Origin: a cyanobacterium endosymbiont of Rhopalodia gibba
GTDB taxonomy: Bacteria > Cyanobacteriota > Cyanobacteriia > Cyanobacteriales > Microcystaceae
Direction: 5' to 3'
Length of the DNA: 64,000 nt
Assembly: GCA_045159875.1 (NCBI GenBank)
Contig: CP067995.1
Span: 960,001-1,024,000 of the forward strand
Under the pieces are notes generated by a model, which saw only the letters and a program-made list of their open reading frames with translations, was not told the origin of the DNA and searched no databases. Position 1 is the stretch's first letter. Each line of letters begins with the position of its first letter. A program made the position numbers and the translations under genes. Shown piece by piece: positions 43,433 through 55,048 of this stretch.

Positions 43433-44941
43433 TTAATAAACTATACGTCCATATAATTCCGTTAAAAATCGCAAATGGTTAGTTAATTCTGGAGTTAGTA
43501 CATCAGGACAGTATCGCCATTCCCAATTACCATCAGCTAGACCAGGGGTATTCATTCTTGCTGTTTCCGTCAAACCGAGTAAATCTTGTAAGGGAAAGAT
43601 GGCTTGATTAGCGACAGATCCCATAGCTAAGCGAATTAGACTCCAATGAATTCCTTGGGGACAAATACCACCTAAGTAGTCTGTAATTCTCGCATTTTCT
43701 TCGAAACTACGTTCTGAGAACCATCCCACTGTAGTGTTGTTGTCGTGGGTTCCTGTATAAACAACACAGTTATGGTTGGCGTAATTGTAAGGGAGAAAAG
43801 GATTAGCACGATTACTATCAAAAGCAAAATGAAGAAGTTTCATGCCTGGGAGATTGAATTTATCTCTTAACGCTTCAACTTCTGGGGTAATGACCCCTAA
43901 ATCTTCAGCAACAATAGGCAATTCACCTAATTCGTTTTTAAGACACTGAAAAAATTTTTCTCCTGGGGCTTTCAACCATTCCCCATTCTCAGCTGTGGTT
44001 TCTCCTTGAGGAACTGCCCAATAAGCCTCGAAAGCTCGGAAATGGTCAATCCTAACAACATCAAGATATTCTAATGTTCTTTTAAACCGTTGAATCCACC
44101 ATTTAAAGTCGATTTTTTCAAGGTTTTCCCAATTGTAAACCGGATTTCCCCACAATTGCCCCGTAGCACTAAAATAATCTGGGGGAACACCAGCCATTAA
44201 CGATGCGGCTTGAGTTTTTTCATCTAAACAGAAAAGTTCAGCATTAGCCCAAACATCAACGCTGTCATAAGCGACATAAATGGGAATATCTCCAAAAATT
44301 TGAACATTGCGATCATTGGCATATTTTTTTACTTTTTGCCACTGACGGAAAAATTCAAACTGAAGGAACTTATGGTAAAAAATTAATTCTGCCAATCTTT
44401 CTGTCCAATGCTGTATTGCTTCAGGTTGGCGGGTAGCAATATCTTTATCCCAGTGTCTCCAAGTCTTTCCTCGATGAGCTTCATGGAGAGACATAAAGAG
44501 GGCGTAATTTTCTAACCAATAGGAATGGTGCTCACAAAAAGTCTCGAAGCTTTGGCGTAGTTCATATGAAGCGTCAGTTTTAAAAGCATTACTAGCTTTT
44601 TTTAAAAGAGGAAACTTAGTGCTAATTACGAGGTTGTAGTCCACATAATCAGTCGGAAATTCTGGAAAAGAAGCCAAATCTTCTTGGTTAACTAACCCAT
44701 CCTCGTATAAAACATCTGGGCTAATTAATAAAGGATTTCCCGCTAAAGCAGAATAGGATAAGTAAGGAGAGTTACCATATCCAGTTGGGCCTAAAGGAAG
44801 AACTTGCCAAAGAGTTTGACTAGTTTTTTCCAAAAAATCAATGAAGTGATAGGAGCTTTCTCCTAGATCACCAATACCAAAGCGACTGGGTAAAGATGTT
44901 GGATGTAATAAAATGCCACTGGCTCTTTGAGAAGATATCAT
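43433..44941 (-). CDS. malQ: 4-alpha-glucanotransferase (amylomaltase, GH77)
   Basis: SGILLHPTSLP, WQVLPLGP, GVPPDYFSATGQLWGNP, RIDHFR, AEDLG and YTGTHDN. Confidence 0.97.
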   Translation of the reverse strand: MISSQRASGILLHPTSLPSRFGIGDLGESSYHFIDFLEKTSQTLWQVLPLGPTGYGNSPYLSYSALAGNPLLISPDVLYEDGLVNQEDLASFPEFPTDYVDYNLVISTKFPLLKKASNAFKTDASYELRQSFETFCEHHSYWLENYALFMSLHEAHRGKTWRHWDKDIATRQPEAIQHWTERLAELIFYHKFLQFEFFRQWQKVKKYANDRNVQIFGDIPIYVAYDSVDVWANAELFCLDEKTQAASLMAGVPPDYFSATGQLWGNPVYNWENLEKIDFKWWIQRFKRTLEYLDVVRIDHFRAFEAYWAVPQGETTAENGEWLKAPGEKFFQCLKNELGELPIVAEDLGVITPEVEALRDKFNLPGMKLLHFAFDSNRANPFLPYNYANHNCVVYTGTHDNNTTVGWFSERSFEENARITDYLGGICPQGIHWSLIRLAMGSVANQAIFPLQDLLGLTETARMNTPGLADGNWEWRYCPDVLTPELTNHLRFLTELYGRIVY

Positions 44942-45553
44942 GAATTACTCACTTCTTATATCCCACTTGCACAACAGGAACTCATAGTCCCATAGAATCT
45001 AGTTTTTCTTAGAGTTTGTACTATTTCTCTTAAAGTTTGTTCTACCTAAGAAGCAAAACAAGGAATTATTATCTTTATGGATAAAGATAGTTTGACTTAA
45101 GCTGTAAGGTAAAACTGTCAATATTAACATTTTAAATGCCTTATGTAGAAATTATTTTAGTTTATAAAAATTTTCTCAATATTATATTTCTTGCCAAGTA
45201 AAACTATGTTACAATTTGACATATTTTTACTATTTTAAGTTCAGTAAAGTCAGAAAAATAAAGATTTTTCTTCTAAAAATTAAAGAAAAAACAAAAAAAA
45301 TCCTCTTTAAGAGACTTGCAAAAGTTCGGACACTCCGTATCGGACACTTAATAATTCCCTAAAAGCATAATCTATAAATTTTTCAAAAAAGTATTGAACA
45401 AACTTTCAAATATACAAACTTCTAAATGTAATAAAAAAAAGTTTACTTTATAGTTCCTTAATGTCGTCTATCCTACAGTAATTTTGAATACATCTGATAA
45501 TTTTAGATTAACTTCCCAAGAACAGGTAAGTTTACGTTAGCAATTCTCTTTCA

Positions 45554-46594
45554 TCACTCACAAACCTGTTTGAAGATTTCTTGGTGTATCAAAGCCCGAT
45601 CTACTAAAGATTGAAGGTGATTGCGGTTTAATGCCTTCCCATTAACATAATATTCTAACCACGCGTTGCTAATAATATTGGGATCATCAGGAAGTTCAGT
45701 TAATTTCCATCCAGGTAAATTAATTTCTTCCATCAAACGGCTGACTTTAGGGTCATAACTCAGGGCAAAACACCGAGATTCTTCAGCCACTGCCATAATT
45801 AAACTATGAAGACGCATTCCAATAGTCATTTTAACTTCCCGAAACAGTCCCTTCAATTCTCTAGGATCTTCTAGGTAAATAATCTGATGAGAACCAGGTA
45901 ATTGTGAAGCAAGTGAATGAGCAATTGATAAGTCTTGGGAGGCTTGGAAAGGAACTAATAATAAACAAACATTAGCAGCCTTTTGAAAATCAATTAACGC
46001 TTTAGTCAAAATTTTTAGTCTTTGGGGAGTTAATTGGGGATGTTCCCGCAAATTAACAGCCACTCTAGGGGCAGGGATATCTACTAATCCTGGGATTGAT
46101 TTCCCTGTCAAAGCCCAAACTGGGTCAGGAGCAATTAAAGGATTTATTTGCCATTGAGATACTAATTTAGCCGAAGCCCCATCCCTTACACTGACAGCCG
46201 TGCAACCTAAAAGAACTTGATGGGTTAGCCAACGGCTAAAAGGACGTCGTAAGGGGCCAATTCCTTGAGCCCAAGCGATAGTTTTTAAGCCTTTGTGTTG
46301 AGCTAAAGCCATCAATACAGCATAATAAATAGGACTTGTCCAACTTGTGACATCTTGCATTAAACTTCCTCCACCCCAAATGAACAAATCAGAGGTTTTT
46401 AAAGCTTTTAAAATAGCAAAAGCTGAACGATTAGAACAACTGTTAACCCCATAACGTTTATGAGTTTGCCGTGGGTTTGCTGAGAGAACAATAGGCTGTA
46501 TTTGAGACGGAAGCATCTGCAATAAAGAAACTAATAAGGCTTCATCTCCACCATTTCCTTGACCATAATAACCACAAATAACTGCCTTTTTCAT
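45554..46594 (-). CDS. csaB: Polysaccharide pyruvyl transferase CsaB
   Basis: GYYGQGNGGDEA, GGGSLMQD, AQGIGP, SVRD, GMRLHSLI and LSYDPK. Confidence 0.92.
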   Translation of the reverse strand: MKKAVICGYYGQGNGGDEALLVSLLQMLPSQIQPIVLSANPRQTHKRYGVNSCSNRSAFAILKALKTSDLFIWGGGSLMQDVTSWTSPIYYAVLMALAQHKGLKTIAWAQGIGPLRRPFSRWLTHQVLLGCTAVSVRDGASAKLVSQWQINPLIAPDPVWALTGKSIPGLVDIPAPRVAVNLREHPQLTPQRLKILTKALIDFQKAANVCLLLVPFQASQDLSIAHSLASQLPGSHQIIYLEDPRELKGLFREVKMTIGMRLHSLIMAVAEESRCFALSYDPKVSRLMEEINLPGWKLTELPDDPNIISNAWLEYYVNGKALNRNHLQSLVDRALIHQEIFKQVCE

Positions 46595-46679
46595 GTTTTA
46601 ACGTCAGTGTTTATACCAATTCTATAGGTCTATACTAAACTACGATAGATTAGACAGCTTCTCACAAAACACTTCAAGA

Positions 46680-47180
46680 ATGACTCATACAATTGTCTTA
46701 CAACTGGATCATCTAATACGATTGGATTTATCTCCTGTCACTACCATTGTTGAACCGATTTTGATACAAATAGCACAGCCACAGGCTTCCCCAAACGAGA
46801 TCGTCTCCTATGAACAAACTCTAAGTTTTGAAATTAATTATCCTCGTAGTCCCTCTGATATCAGAGAATTATCAGAAATTCCGGAGGTTCGCTTATGGTT
46901 TGTTCGTTTAGACTCAATTTATCCTTGGATGCCTTTTATTTTAGATTGGAAAGGGGGGGAATTAGCCCGTTATTTTGCCATGTTGGTTCCTCATCAATTT
47001 AGCCGGACTGAGGGAATTCAATATAATCCAGAAGCTCTAGAAATTTTTATTATGCACAAAATATTTACCTTATCTGATTGGCTAAAATACAGGAGAATTC
47101 CTAGCATGGCTCGTCTCCAGTCGATGGCAAAAATGTTTGGCTATGATCTCGACAAGGATTTTTTTCAATTAATTTCCTGA
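46680..47180 (+). CDS. CRR6 family NdhI maturation factor (DUF1817)
   Basis: RELSEIPEVRLWFVRLD..YPW and AMLVPHQF..EGIQYNPEALEIF. Confidence 0.88.
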   Translation: MTHTIVLQLDHLIRLDLSPVTTIVEPILIQIAQPQASPNEIVSYEQTLSFEINYPRSPSDIRELSEIPEVRLWFVRLDSIYPWMPFILDWKGGELARYFAMLVPHQFSRTEGIQYNPEALEIFIMHKIFTLSDWLKYRRIPSMARLQSMAKMFGYDLDKDFFQLIS

Positions 47181-47219
47181 ATTTTTCTATGTAACCTCTT
47201 TTGCTGATGGCGAAAAATT

Positions 47220-48164
47220 CTAAAGATTAGCCATCGCTATCACAATTCTTTGAGAAATAAAAGGAATAATCGCTTTATTTTGACTATCTTGTCCTTCCGT
47301 AAAAACGACTAATAAATAAGGTTGATATCCAGGAATTTGAATATAAGCTGCATCGTGGCGAACTCGACTAGTCCAACCTGCTTTTGACCATAATTGAGTA
47401 TTTGGAGGCAACCCTTCCCCTAAAAAACCAATAACTTGGTTTTCTTCCCCCGTCATATTAAAATTTTTCGGAGTAAGATTTCGTTTGAGCAGTTCCATCA
47501 TTTGTTGGGAGCGCTTTGAAGAGACGGCTACCCCACCGACGATACTATATAACAACTGAGCAACGGCATTAGTCGTCAACATATTACGATTTTCCATCAT
47601 TTCCCCTACAAATATTCGTTCTCGACCATAAGGACCATCACACCAGGTTTTCTGATTAACATTAATAGCCGCTAATCCTTCCCATCCCAATGACTTAAAA
47701 TAACGGTTAATAATATTACGCTGGTGTTGCCAAGTGTCAAATGGACTCGCCGGTAACTCTGGCCCACTGGTGGTTCCTGTCAGTACGTCAACGACTAAAC
47801 TAGTTGCATCATTGCTAGAGTCTACTACCATATCCCGAATGGCGCGGTTTAACTCCACTGACTCGGAAATCATTTTACCTTCTAGCCATTCATGAACCGC
47901 TACTAAATAAAATAATTTGACGATACTTGCCGGATAGATGCGTTCAATTCCCCGATAATTAAATCCTCTGACGGAATATTTCCAGAATTCTTCGGCAGAG
48001 ATTGCGCCCCCTGTATTAGCAATCACCGGAGGATCATAAACAACCCAAGTCAAGGCCAATTGATCAGGAGCTAATTGGGGAAACTCGGACCACGTAGCCT
48101 TCAAAGTTTGGTTGCCGATTTTTTGTAGGGCGTCGTCTGAGTTAAAAAAAGCCATTGTAATCAC
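47220..48164 (-). CDS. Serine hydrolase, class A beta-lactamase-like
   Basis: YPASIVK (SxxK), SSNDA and SKAGWTS; the true start may be the internal MAFFN. Confidence 0.88.
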   Translation of the reverse strand: MITMAFFNSDDALQKIGNQTLKATWSEFPQLAPDQLALTWVVYDPPVIANTGGAISAEEFWKYSVRGFNYRGIERIYPASIVKLFYLVAVHEWLEGKMISESVELNRAIRDMVVDSSNDATSLVVDVLTGTTSGPELPASPFDTWQHQRNIINRYFKSLGWEGLAAINVNQKTWCDGPYGRERIFVGEMMENRNMLTTNAVAQLLYSIVGGVAVSSKRSQQMMELLKRNLTPKNFNMTGEENQVIGFLGEGLPPNTQLWSKAGWTSRVRHDAAYIQIPGYQPYLLVVFTEGQDSQNKAIIPFISQRIVIAMANL

Positions 48165-48226
48165 TCTTCATATCTAAAAGTTTTTTTTAGGCTGTTTCAA
48201 GATGGGCAATGCCAACTTGAGACAGT

Positions 48227-49663
48227 CTAAAGTTGGCCAAATCCTTTTTTTCTCTTGATCTTTTTCTTTTTTTTCTTCGTGCCACCATGACCACGAAATC
48301 CTGGAGGTATTTGTCCACCGATGCCCCCAAACATTCCACTGCTAATTTCAGACATAGGGGGCATTCCTCCTTGTCCTATTTGCTGCATCATACTCCGCAT
48401 ACGGGTAAAATTCTTCACTAGTTCTCCGACTTTAGTTTCAGAATGTCCTGACCCCTTAGCAATACGACGGCGACGACTGGGGGACTTAGCTAATAAATCA
48501 GGATTTATTCGTTCTTCAAAGGTCATGGAACTGATCATCGCTTCAGTTCGCTTAAGTTCAGTTTCTCCTTTCTCAATATCTATATCATTGAGTTTATTCA
48601 TTCCTGGAATCATCTTTAAAAGATTTCCTAATGACCCCATATTTTTCATCAGGCGCATTTGTTTGAGAAAGTCATTAAAATCAAATTTAGCCTCAATAAT
48701 TTTCGACTGCATTTTTTCTACATCTGCAATATCGATTTCTTCTTGGGCTTTTTCAACTAAAGTCAGAACATCCCCCATATTTAAAATACGGGATGCCATT
48801 CGATCAGGATAAAATGGTTGTAGTGCTTCTACTTTTTCGCCAACTCCAATAAATTTAATTGGTTTTTCTGATATTTGACGAATCGATAGAGCTGCTCCTC
48901 CGCGCGTATCCCCGTCCATTTTAGTAAGAATTGCGCCGGTAATGCCAATTTGTTGATGGAAAGTTCGAGTTAGGTTAGCCGCTTCTTGACCTGTCATGGC
49001 ATCCACTACCAGGAGGATATCATCAGGTTTAATGGCGTCTTTGATGCGGATTAGCTCTACCATCATACTTTCGTCAATTTGCAGTCGTCCGGCAGTGTCA
49101 ACAATCACAGTATCGAGTCCTATTTGCTTAGCTTTTTCTACCCCTTGACGAGCAATATCAACAGGGTTCGCTTCACTTCCGAGTTCAAAGACAGGAACAT
49201 TAATTTGTTCTCCAAGGGTAATCAACTGGCTGATAGCTGCCGGACGGTAGACATCAGCAGCTACCATTAAGCAACTACGCTTTTCTTTATGAAGATAGAG
49301 AGCAAGTTTAGCCGTAGCGGTGGTTTTTCCTGTCCCTTGCAACCCGGCCATCAAGATGACTGTCGGGGACGTTTCAGCTTTAGCAAGGGAAACATGACTT
49401 TTCCCCATTACCTTAACTAATTCGTCATAGACAATTTTTATGAGTTGTTGACTAGGTTTAACCCCAGCAATGACCTCTGCACCGACGGCCGCTTTTTCAA
49501 CATTTGCGACAAACTTTCTGACGACCTGGAGGTTAACATCTGCTTCTAGTAGAGCGCGACGCACTTCTGTAAGAGCTTCTTGAATGTTAGTTTCAGTGAT
49601 TTTGTCTTGACCGCGTACTTTTTTCCAAGCGTCTTCTAAATGTTCGGCGAGAGCATCAAACAT
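48227..49663 (-). CDS. ffh: Signal recognition particle protein
   Basis: GLQGTGKTT, DVYRPAA, DTAGR, TKMDGD.RGGAALS and a Met-rich M domain. Confidence 0.98.
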   Translation of the reverse strand: MFDALAEHLEDAWKKVRGQDKITETNIQEALTEVRRALLEADVNLQVVRKFVANVEKAAVGAEVIAGVKPSQQLIKIVYDELVKVMGKSHVSLAKAETSPTVILMAGLQGTGKTTATAKLALYLHKEKRSCLMVAADVYRPAAISQLITLGEQINVPVFELGSEANPVDIARQGVEKAKQIGLDTVIVDTAGRLQIDESMMVELIRIKDAIKPDDILLVVDAMTGQEAANLTRTFHQQIGITGAILTKMDGDTRGGAALSIRQISEKPIKFIGVGEKVEALQPFYPDRMASRILNMGDVLTLVEKAQEEIDIADVEKMQSKIIEAKFDFNDFLKQMRLMKNMGSLGNLLKMIPGMNKLNDIDIEKGETELKRTEAMISSMTFEERINPDLLAKSPSRRRRIAKGSGHSETKVGELVKNFTRMRSMMQQIGQGGMPPMSEISSGMFGGIGGQIPPGFRGHGGTKKKKKKIKRKKGFGQL

Positions 49664-50442
49664 AGGGTGTTGTTTTTGTGAAGTTTATAACTAACCATAA
49701 ATAGTCAAGGATAATTTCCATATCTACCTATTGTAGACGGGGGTCAGACTCTTCATCAATCCTGTAAAGTTCATTCACTGAAAAAACGTAATAAATTTAT
49801 TCAATTTCTTATTAGTTCAAGAACTTTTTACTATTCATTATAATAATTTGTATCTTTATACCTTATACCAATATTTTCAGGAGTTTATTTAGTGGCTGAT
49901 GATGGTCACTGAATTTATTATGTGGATTCATCGATTAATAGTTAGACTGAGTTTAGAACCTTATAAGCTGTTTGAGGATTTTCAAGTGGTTAATACTAGC
50001 TAGTAGAATATGTTTTCTCTGAAGAGAACATGATCGATAAAGATATAGTCTAAATTATGTAGATTACAATAATTTTTTTTGAAATCAAGAGAACACTACT
50101 TAAAATTATCGATAGAATCAAGTTTCTGCTGGAACGATTTCTGAACAACAACCTGAAAGATATCTATGAAATCTGTACGATAATCAAAAAACTAGAATAA
50201 GAAAAATAAAAAATAAAAACTAGTATTTTTACCTTAAATACTAGCTAGAAACAACAATAGGGGACAATTAATAGTACAAAATTACTATGATACTACCTTC
50301 TCAGAGAGTCTTGGAAATATTTAACTTTCATCGACGAGTTAAAAGATAAACTTGACAAATATTAAAAACAAGAGAACAGTGAAGAAATAGCTAAGTTAGC
50401 TAAAGTTTCTATTCATCCCACTATTCAAAAAAAATTGACTTT

Positions 50443-50751
50443 TCAATCAGATTGGGGTGGAATTAAGTTTTTTTTTCTTACGCGACGAATAGGTAAGTTA
50501 GCTATAAGGGCGGTAATTCGTTGATCGCTTTCTAGGGCAAACTCCATTTCTTCAGAATCAATATCCACATATCGACTCACCACTTCTATTATGTCTTGAC
50601 GCATAGATTCAAGTATTTCTGAACTGAGTCCAGCGCGATCATGGGCAATAACTACTCTTAGTCGGCGTTTAGCTTCTTCTCCACTTTTGGGAATATTTTT
50701 CCATGGAAAAAGTTTTTCTAGTTGCTCAAAAATCATCTGTTTAATTTTCAT
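50443..50751 (-). CDS. minE: Cell division topological specificity factor MinE
   Basis: [13 protein letters not shown] and ALIANLPI; downstream of minD. Confidence 0.95.
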   Translation of the reverse strand: MKIKQMIFEQLEKLFPWKNIPKSGEEAKRRLRVVIAHDRAGLSSEILESMRQDIIEVVSRYVDIDSEEMEFALESDQRITALIANLPIRRVRKKNLIPPQSD

Positions 50752-50760
50752 AGAAAGGAC

Positions 50761-51561
50761 TTAACTACCGAAAAAGTGGCGACGAATACGAGTTATCAAG
50801 TTATCATGAGCCGCCATCAAATCCAGATAAGGAATCTCTTGACCATTCAAACGTCGGGCAATATTATTAAAAGCCATAGCCGGAACACAAGGAGGTTCTT
50901 CTAAGACTAAGGGTTCTCCTCGGTTGGTCGAAATAATGATTCGTTCGTCATCGGGAATAATTCCAATGAGAGGAATAACCAAAAGATCGATAATGTCTTC
51001 GACGCTAATCATCTGATTAAGTTTGATCATTGCTGGTTTAATTCGATTAACTATTAATTGAATTTTTTCGATCTCTTCACTTTCTAATAGCCCAACTATC
51101 CGATCTGCATCCCGAACCGCAGCCATTTCTGGGGTCGTAACAACAATAGCTTCTTTTGCCGGGACTATAGCATTACGAAAACCCATTTCAATTCCGGCTG
51201 GGCTATCAATCAGAATATAATCAAAGTGCTCATTAATTTGCGATATTAGCTGCTTCATCTGATCAGGGGTAATAGCTTCTTTAGTTCGGTTCTGGGCGGC
51301 TGGTAATAGTACTAGATTAGGTTGGCGTTTATCTTTAACTAAGGCTTTGTCGATAGAACATTGTCCTTCTAAAACATCGATTGCGGTATAGACAATTCTC
51401 TGTTCTAGTCCAAGTAATAAATCTAAATTTCTTAGTCCAAAATCTGCATCGACTAAAGCAACTTTGTACCCCAAACGAGCTATAGATAATCCTAAGTTAG
51501 CAGTAATAGTGGTTTTGCCAACACCTCCCTTGCCGGAGGTGATCACGATAATACGACTCAT
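50761..51561 (-). CDS. minD: Septum site-determining ATPase MinD
   Basis: SGKGGVGKTT, DADFGLRNLD, DSPAGIE and VRDADR. Confidence 0.98.
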   Translation of the reverse strand: MSRIIVITSGKGGVGKTTITANLGLSIARLGYKVALVDADFGLRNLDLLLGLEQRIVYTAIDVLEGQCSIDKALVKDKRQPNLVLLPAAQNRTKEAITPDQMKQLISQINEHFDYILIDSPAGIEMGFRNAIVPAKEAIVVTTPEMAAVRDADRIVGLLESEEIEKIQLIVNRIKPAMIKLNQMISVEDIIDLLVIPLIGIIPDDERIIISTNRGEPLVLEEPPCVPAMAFNNIARRLNGQEIPYLDLMAAHDNLITRIRRHFFGS

Positions 51562-51642
51562 AATTTAATGTTCAATTTTAATGACCGATGATAATTTAAC
51601 TTTTATCGATAATTATGACGAATTATTAATTTTTTAGCTTTA

Positions 51643-52446
51643 CTATTTTTTTTCATATTTTAGAATGTGGGTTTTGTTGAAATTCGGGGCTGGCTTCAAA
51701 CGAATGCCTTCGGAAGTAATGTAAGCAACTTCAGGACTAAGAAATTCAGGCGTTCCTGACGGTGCTCTAGCAACCAATTCAGCAATGCGTAATTGGGTCG
51801 GTTGCATTTGCAGTGTCATAATGCAACATTCTGAGTTCCCTTTGGCTCCCGCATGGGCAATTCCTCGCAAACATCCCCAAATTAGAATGTCGCCATCAGC
51901 GATGATTTCTCCTCCAGGATTGATATCTCCTTGGATGATAATGCTCCCAGGATGGCGAATAGTGACTCCTGAACGTACCGTTGTTTTTAGGTAAAGAGGC
52001 TCAGCTAAGGGAGACAAAGTCGGTTCTATTTCAGAAAACAATGATCTTCTAAAAACTTCTTGTTCGACTGAATAACCTGCAATTGCTGCTGCTACAGCGG
52101 TTTGGCGGCGACTAGTGTGAATACTACTGAGTTTTAGATTGACATTTTCCATAACCTCTCCAATACTTTGTAATTGTCTACTATCAAGTAAACGATTTTG
52201 TACTACTAAGTCTACTGACATTCCTGATATCCACGTTCCTTGATGATAGGTCAGACAATGTTTTATATCCTGGAAGATTTTTATCCAATCTTTCAAAAGA
52301 TCTTCTTCCTTTTTAGTTATCTTGGGCAATATTAGTAGGAGTTTTTTCCCTTCACTCTTTAAATGAACCTGGGAATAAACTCCAGAAGAGGAAGAGGCTG
52401 GTTCGTAGTTTTCCCATTCTGAGGAAATATTTGGCTTGACAGTCAT
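51643..52446 (-). CDS. minC: Septum site-determining protein MinC; likely start ATG 52446
   Basis: TVRSG..IRHPG, GDINPGGEIIADGDILIWG.LRGIAHAG and PTQLRIA. Confidence 0.93.
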   Translation of the reverse strand: MTVKPNISSEWENYEPASSSSGVYSQVHLKSEGKKLLLILPKITKKEEDLLKDWIKIFQDIKHCLTYHQGTWISGMSVDLVVQNRLLDSRQLQSIGEVMENVNLKLSSIHTSRRQTAVAAAIAGYSVEQEVFRRSLFSEIEPTLSPLAEPLYLKTTVRSGVTIRHPGSIIIQGDINPGGEIIADGDILIWGCLRGIAHAGAKGNSECCIMTLQMQPTQLRIAELVARAPSGTPEFLSPEVAYITSEGIRLKPAPNFNKTHILKYEKK

Positions 52447-55048
52447 CGGTTGAAAGAATAAAAAATTTAAGTTTAAGCTTAGCATTAAGCTGTTCAAATA
52501 GTTAGGCTGAGCTTTCAACAGAAGATTAGTGGTCAAGAGAGAAAAAACATCATCTAGATTCTGATTAAAGTTTGTTTAATTGACATTTAAAATTTTTATT
52601 TATCTCTTACCTTGTTAGACTAAACAACCTTTAATTTTAGTTTTTAAAACAAGATATTTATTGTGCATTAATGACCAAGACGGTATTTTTGTCCATACAC
52701 AGTTTTAATCAAAGTAAATTTACTATATCGTCGAACTTGGTGCCGTAAAAAAAATAAAATATCCACAATATTACTATTGGGTTAATTATATTTTTTTACA
52801 AATTTTGGTAAGATTATTTGGGGGTAATAAATTGAACTGGATGTTGCGTAAAATAAGAGAGAAACTTAATTTATTTGTCTGAACAGTTTTGCCCTTTATT
52901 TTTTACACTAAGTGACTTAAGTTTATAAATAAAATGATATATTTATTGCTTTTAGCATGGAAAAATGTATTAATCTTAAAGATTAAAAAGACAATCTTAA
53001 TAATACTTGAACTCGCAACCTACTGTAATTTAAAAGATTTAATCAGATAATAATCAGCCTACGTCTACAAAGCAATTATCTGATTATTGATAGTGTTGTT
53101 AACAGCTAGAAAGAAGATAGGAGTATTATTTATTTCTGATTAAAAGGTTTAATAAACCTCTATTACTTGTTTGCCATCAAAGATCTAATTAAGAATTAAC
53201 AGGTTATAGTAATTTATTGCCAATTGATAACCTAGTTTTCTATTATTTGTTCAATAAACTTAAGAGTCTTTATGAAATAAAATTGAGAGATAAAACTAAT
53301 TAAATTTTATTATTTACTAAAATGTTTTTTATTAATTGCCACTTAAATTGATTTAATGTTTTTTTTTTAAAAAAAGATAAATTTATCGAAAATAATACTT
53401 TTGAGATATTTTTTCTGAGATTTTTTGATTTACTCTTTATGGTTATCCTTTAATTCTTATAAAAAAGATGATCTGTCTGTAGAGGTATTACTCGCAATTT
53501 AAAAATTGGTATATTTTTTGACTATAAACAAGTATCAAATATTTTTTAATTCTAATGAACCTAAAATAAAGATACTAGTTTATTACTATAAATCAGGAAT
53601 AACAACAGATATATTATGAGTGATTTATCAAAATTTCTTTAGTTACATACTTAGTAGCTAAAGAAATTTTAATATCTTAAGAAGACTACTTTTTTTATGT
53701 TCTAATTAGTCAGACATACAGAAATAACACTATAAGTAGATAAGCCGTTAACTGGTAATAAAAACATTATAAAATTTCCTTACTGAATAAACACAAATTT
53801 TTAGTCTGATTTAATAAAATATTAGACTCTAAGTTTAGAACTATCATCTACCTCATAGTCGAAAACAACCTTATTTAATTGAGTAATTGAGACAGAATGA
53901 CTTAATGCTGTAGAAAAATTGCTAGAATTAGATAAAGATCTTTTTCTAGAAAAACTAAGTACTTACTTACACGAAAAAATAGGGGTTAAAGTTAATATTT
54001 TTACTATGTATTGTTTTATCTAAAAACTTTACTTAACCCCAAAAAATCTTCTATCGGTTAAAAACTTATATAGACAGACTTTCAAGATATGGAGTATTCG
54101 ACGACATTTGGATAATTCAAACTTTCAGTTCTAGTTTTTATTAATGAAACTGAATTTTAGCAAGCTATTACTTATCACTTTACTGGAGTAACTACAAAAA
54201 AATGAGCTTATGGAGAATTACCTACTAATTAAGAAAAAAACATTACGTTAATTAGATACATTACTCATTATTTTCTTACTATACTACCTTTGAATTATGA
54301 ACAAATTTAAGAAGGTTTTCTTACTTATATAAAAGAAGTACTGACATAAAAACTATTGTTATAAGCTTGTATCTTTATGGATTATTTATAGACTTTTAAA
54401 GCAGTAAAAGTTAGATAAATAATGGAATGTATAGAAACACTGGTTGTATTATATTTTCTTATTTTAACCTTATTGACAACTGTAGGTTAAAAATCAATAA
54501 ATATTTGAGACATCACGAATCTTGTAATTCTTAAGATTTCAATCACTTCGTTGATTTATTTAGTAACAGGTTAAGACATAATTCTTCGATTTACAAACTA
54601 CTCTTATCATAAGAAAACTTCTTAGAACAACTCAGATTAGGTGTCAGAACTATTGGAATTAGCTAATTAGTGTCAAACAACTTATTTATTGTACTTAACA
54701 ATAACTAAAATTATGTATTAGATTAGAGAAATTATTGCCCATTTTTATAACAGAAAAACTTAATAGATAGTAAAACGTGTTAATGAAAAATTGAAGTTAA
54801 TTAAAATAAGAGCTTATGAATTCAGAAATTTTTTCAACTTTTAACTTCAAAGTTTCTTGACTTGGCATGTCACTAGTTAATTTCATACCATCAGTCTGAT
54901 ACAACCCTTTATTTCTACCTATCTACTAACCGAGAAATTTTATGACAAAATTGTTACCTTAAGAAAAAATCTACCTCTAAATTAGGAAAAGGTAGATTAC
55001 TTTACTACTATTTTTACTTAGTTATAAATCTGAGAGATAGCAGTAATA

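Noticed and set aside
52550..55040. Hidden genes or RNA in the 2.5 kb desert between minC and moeB
   Set aside because: No ORF of 60 aa or more in the track and no recognisable RNA motif; only short hairpins.
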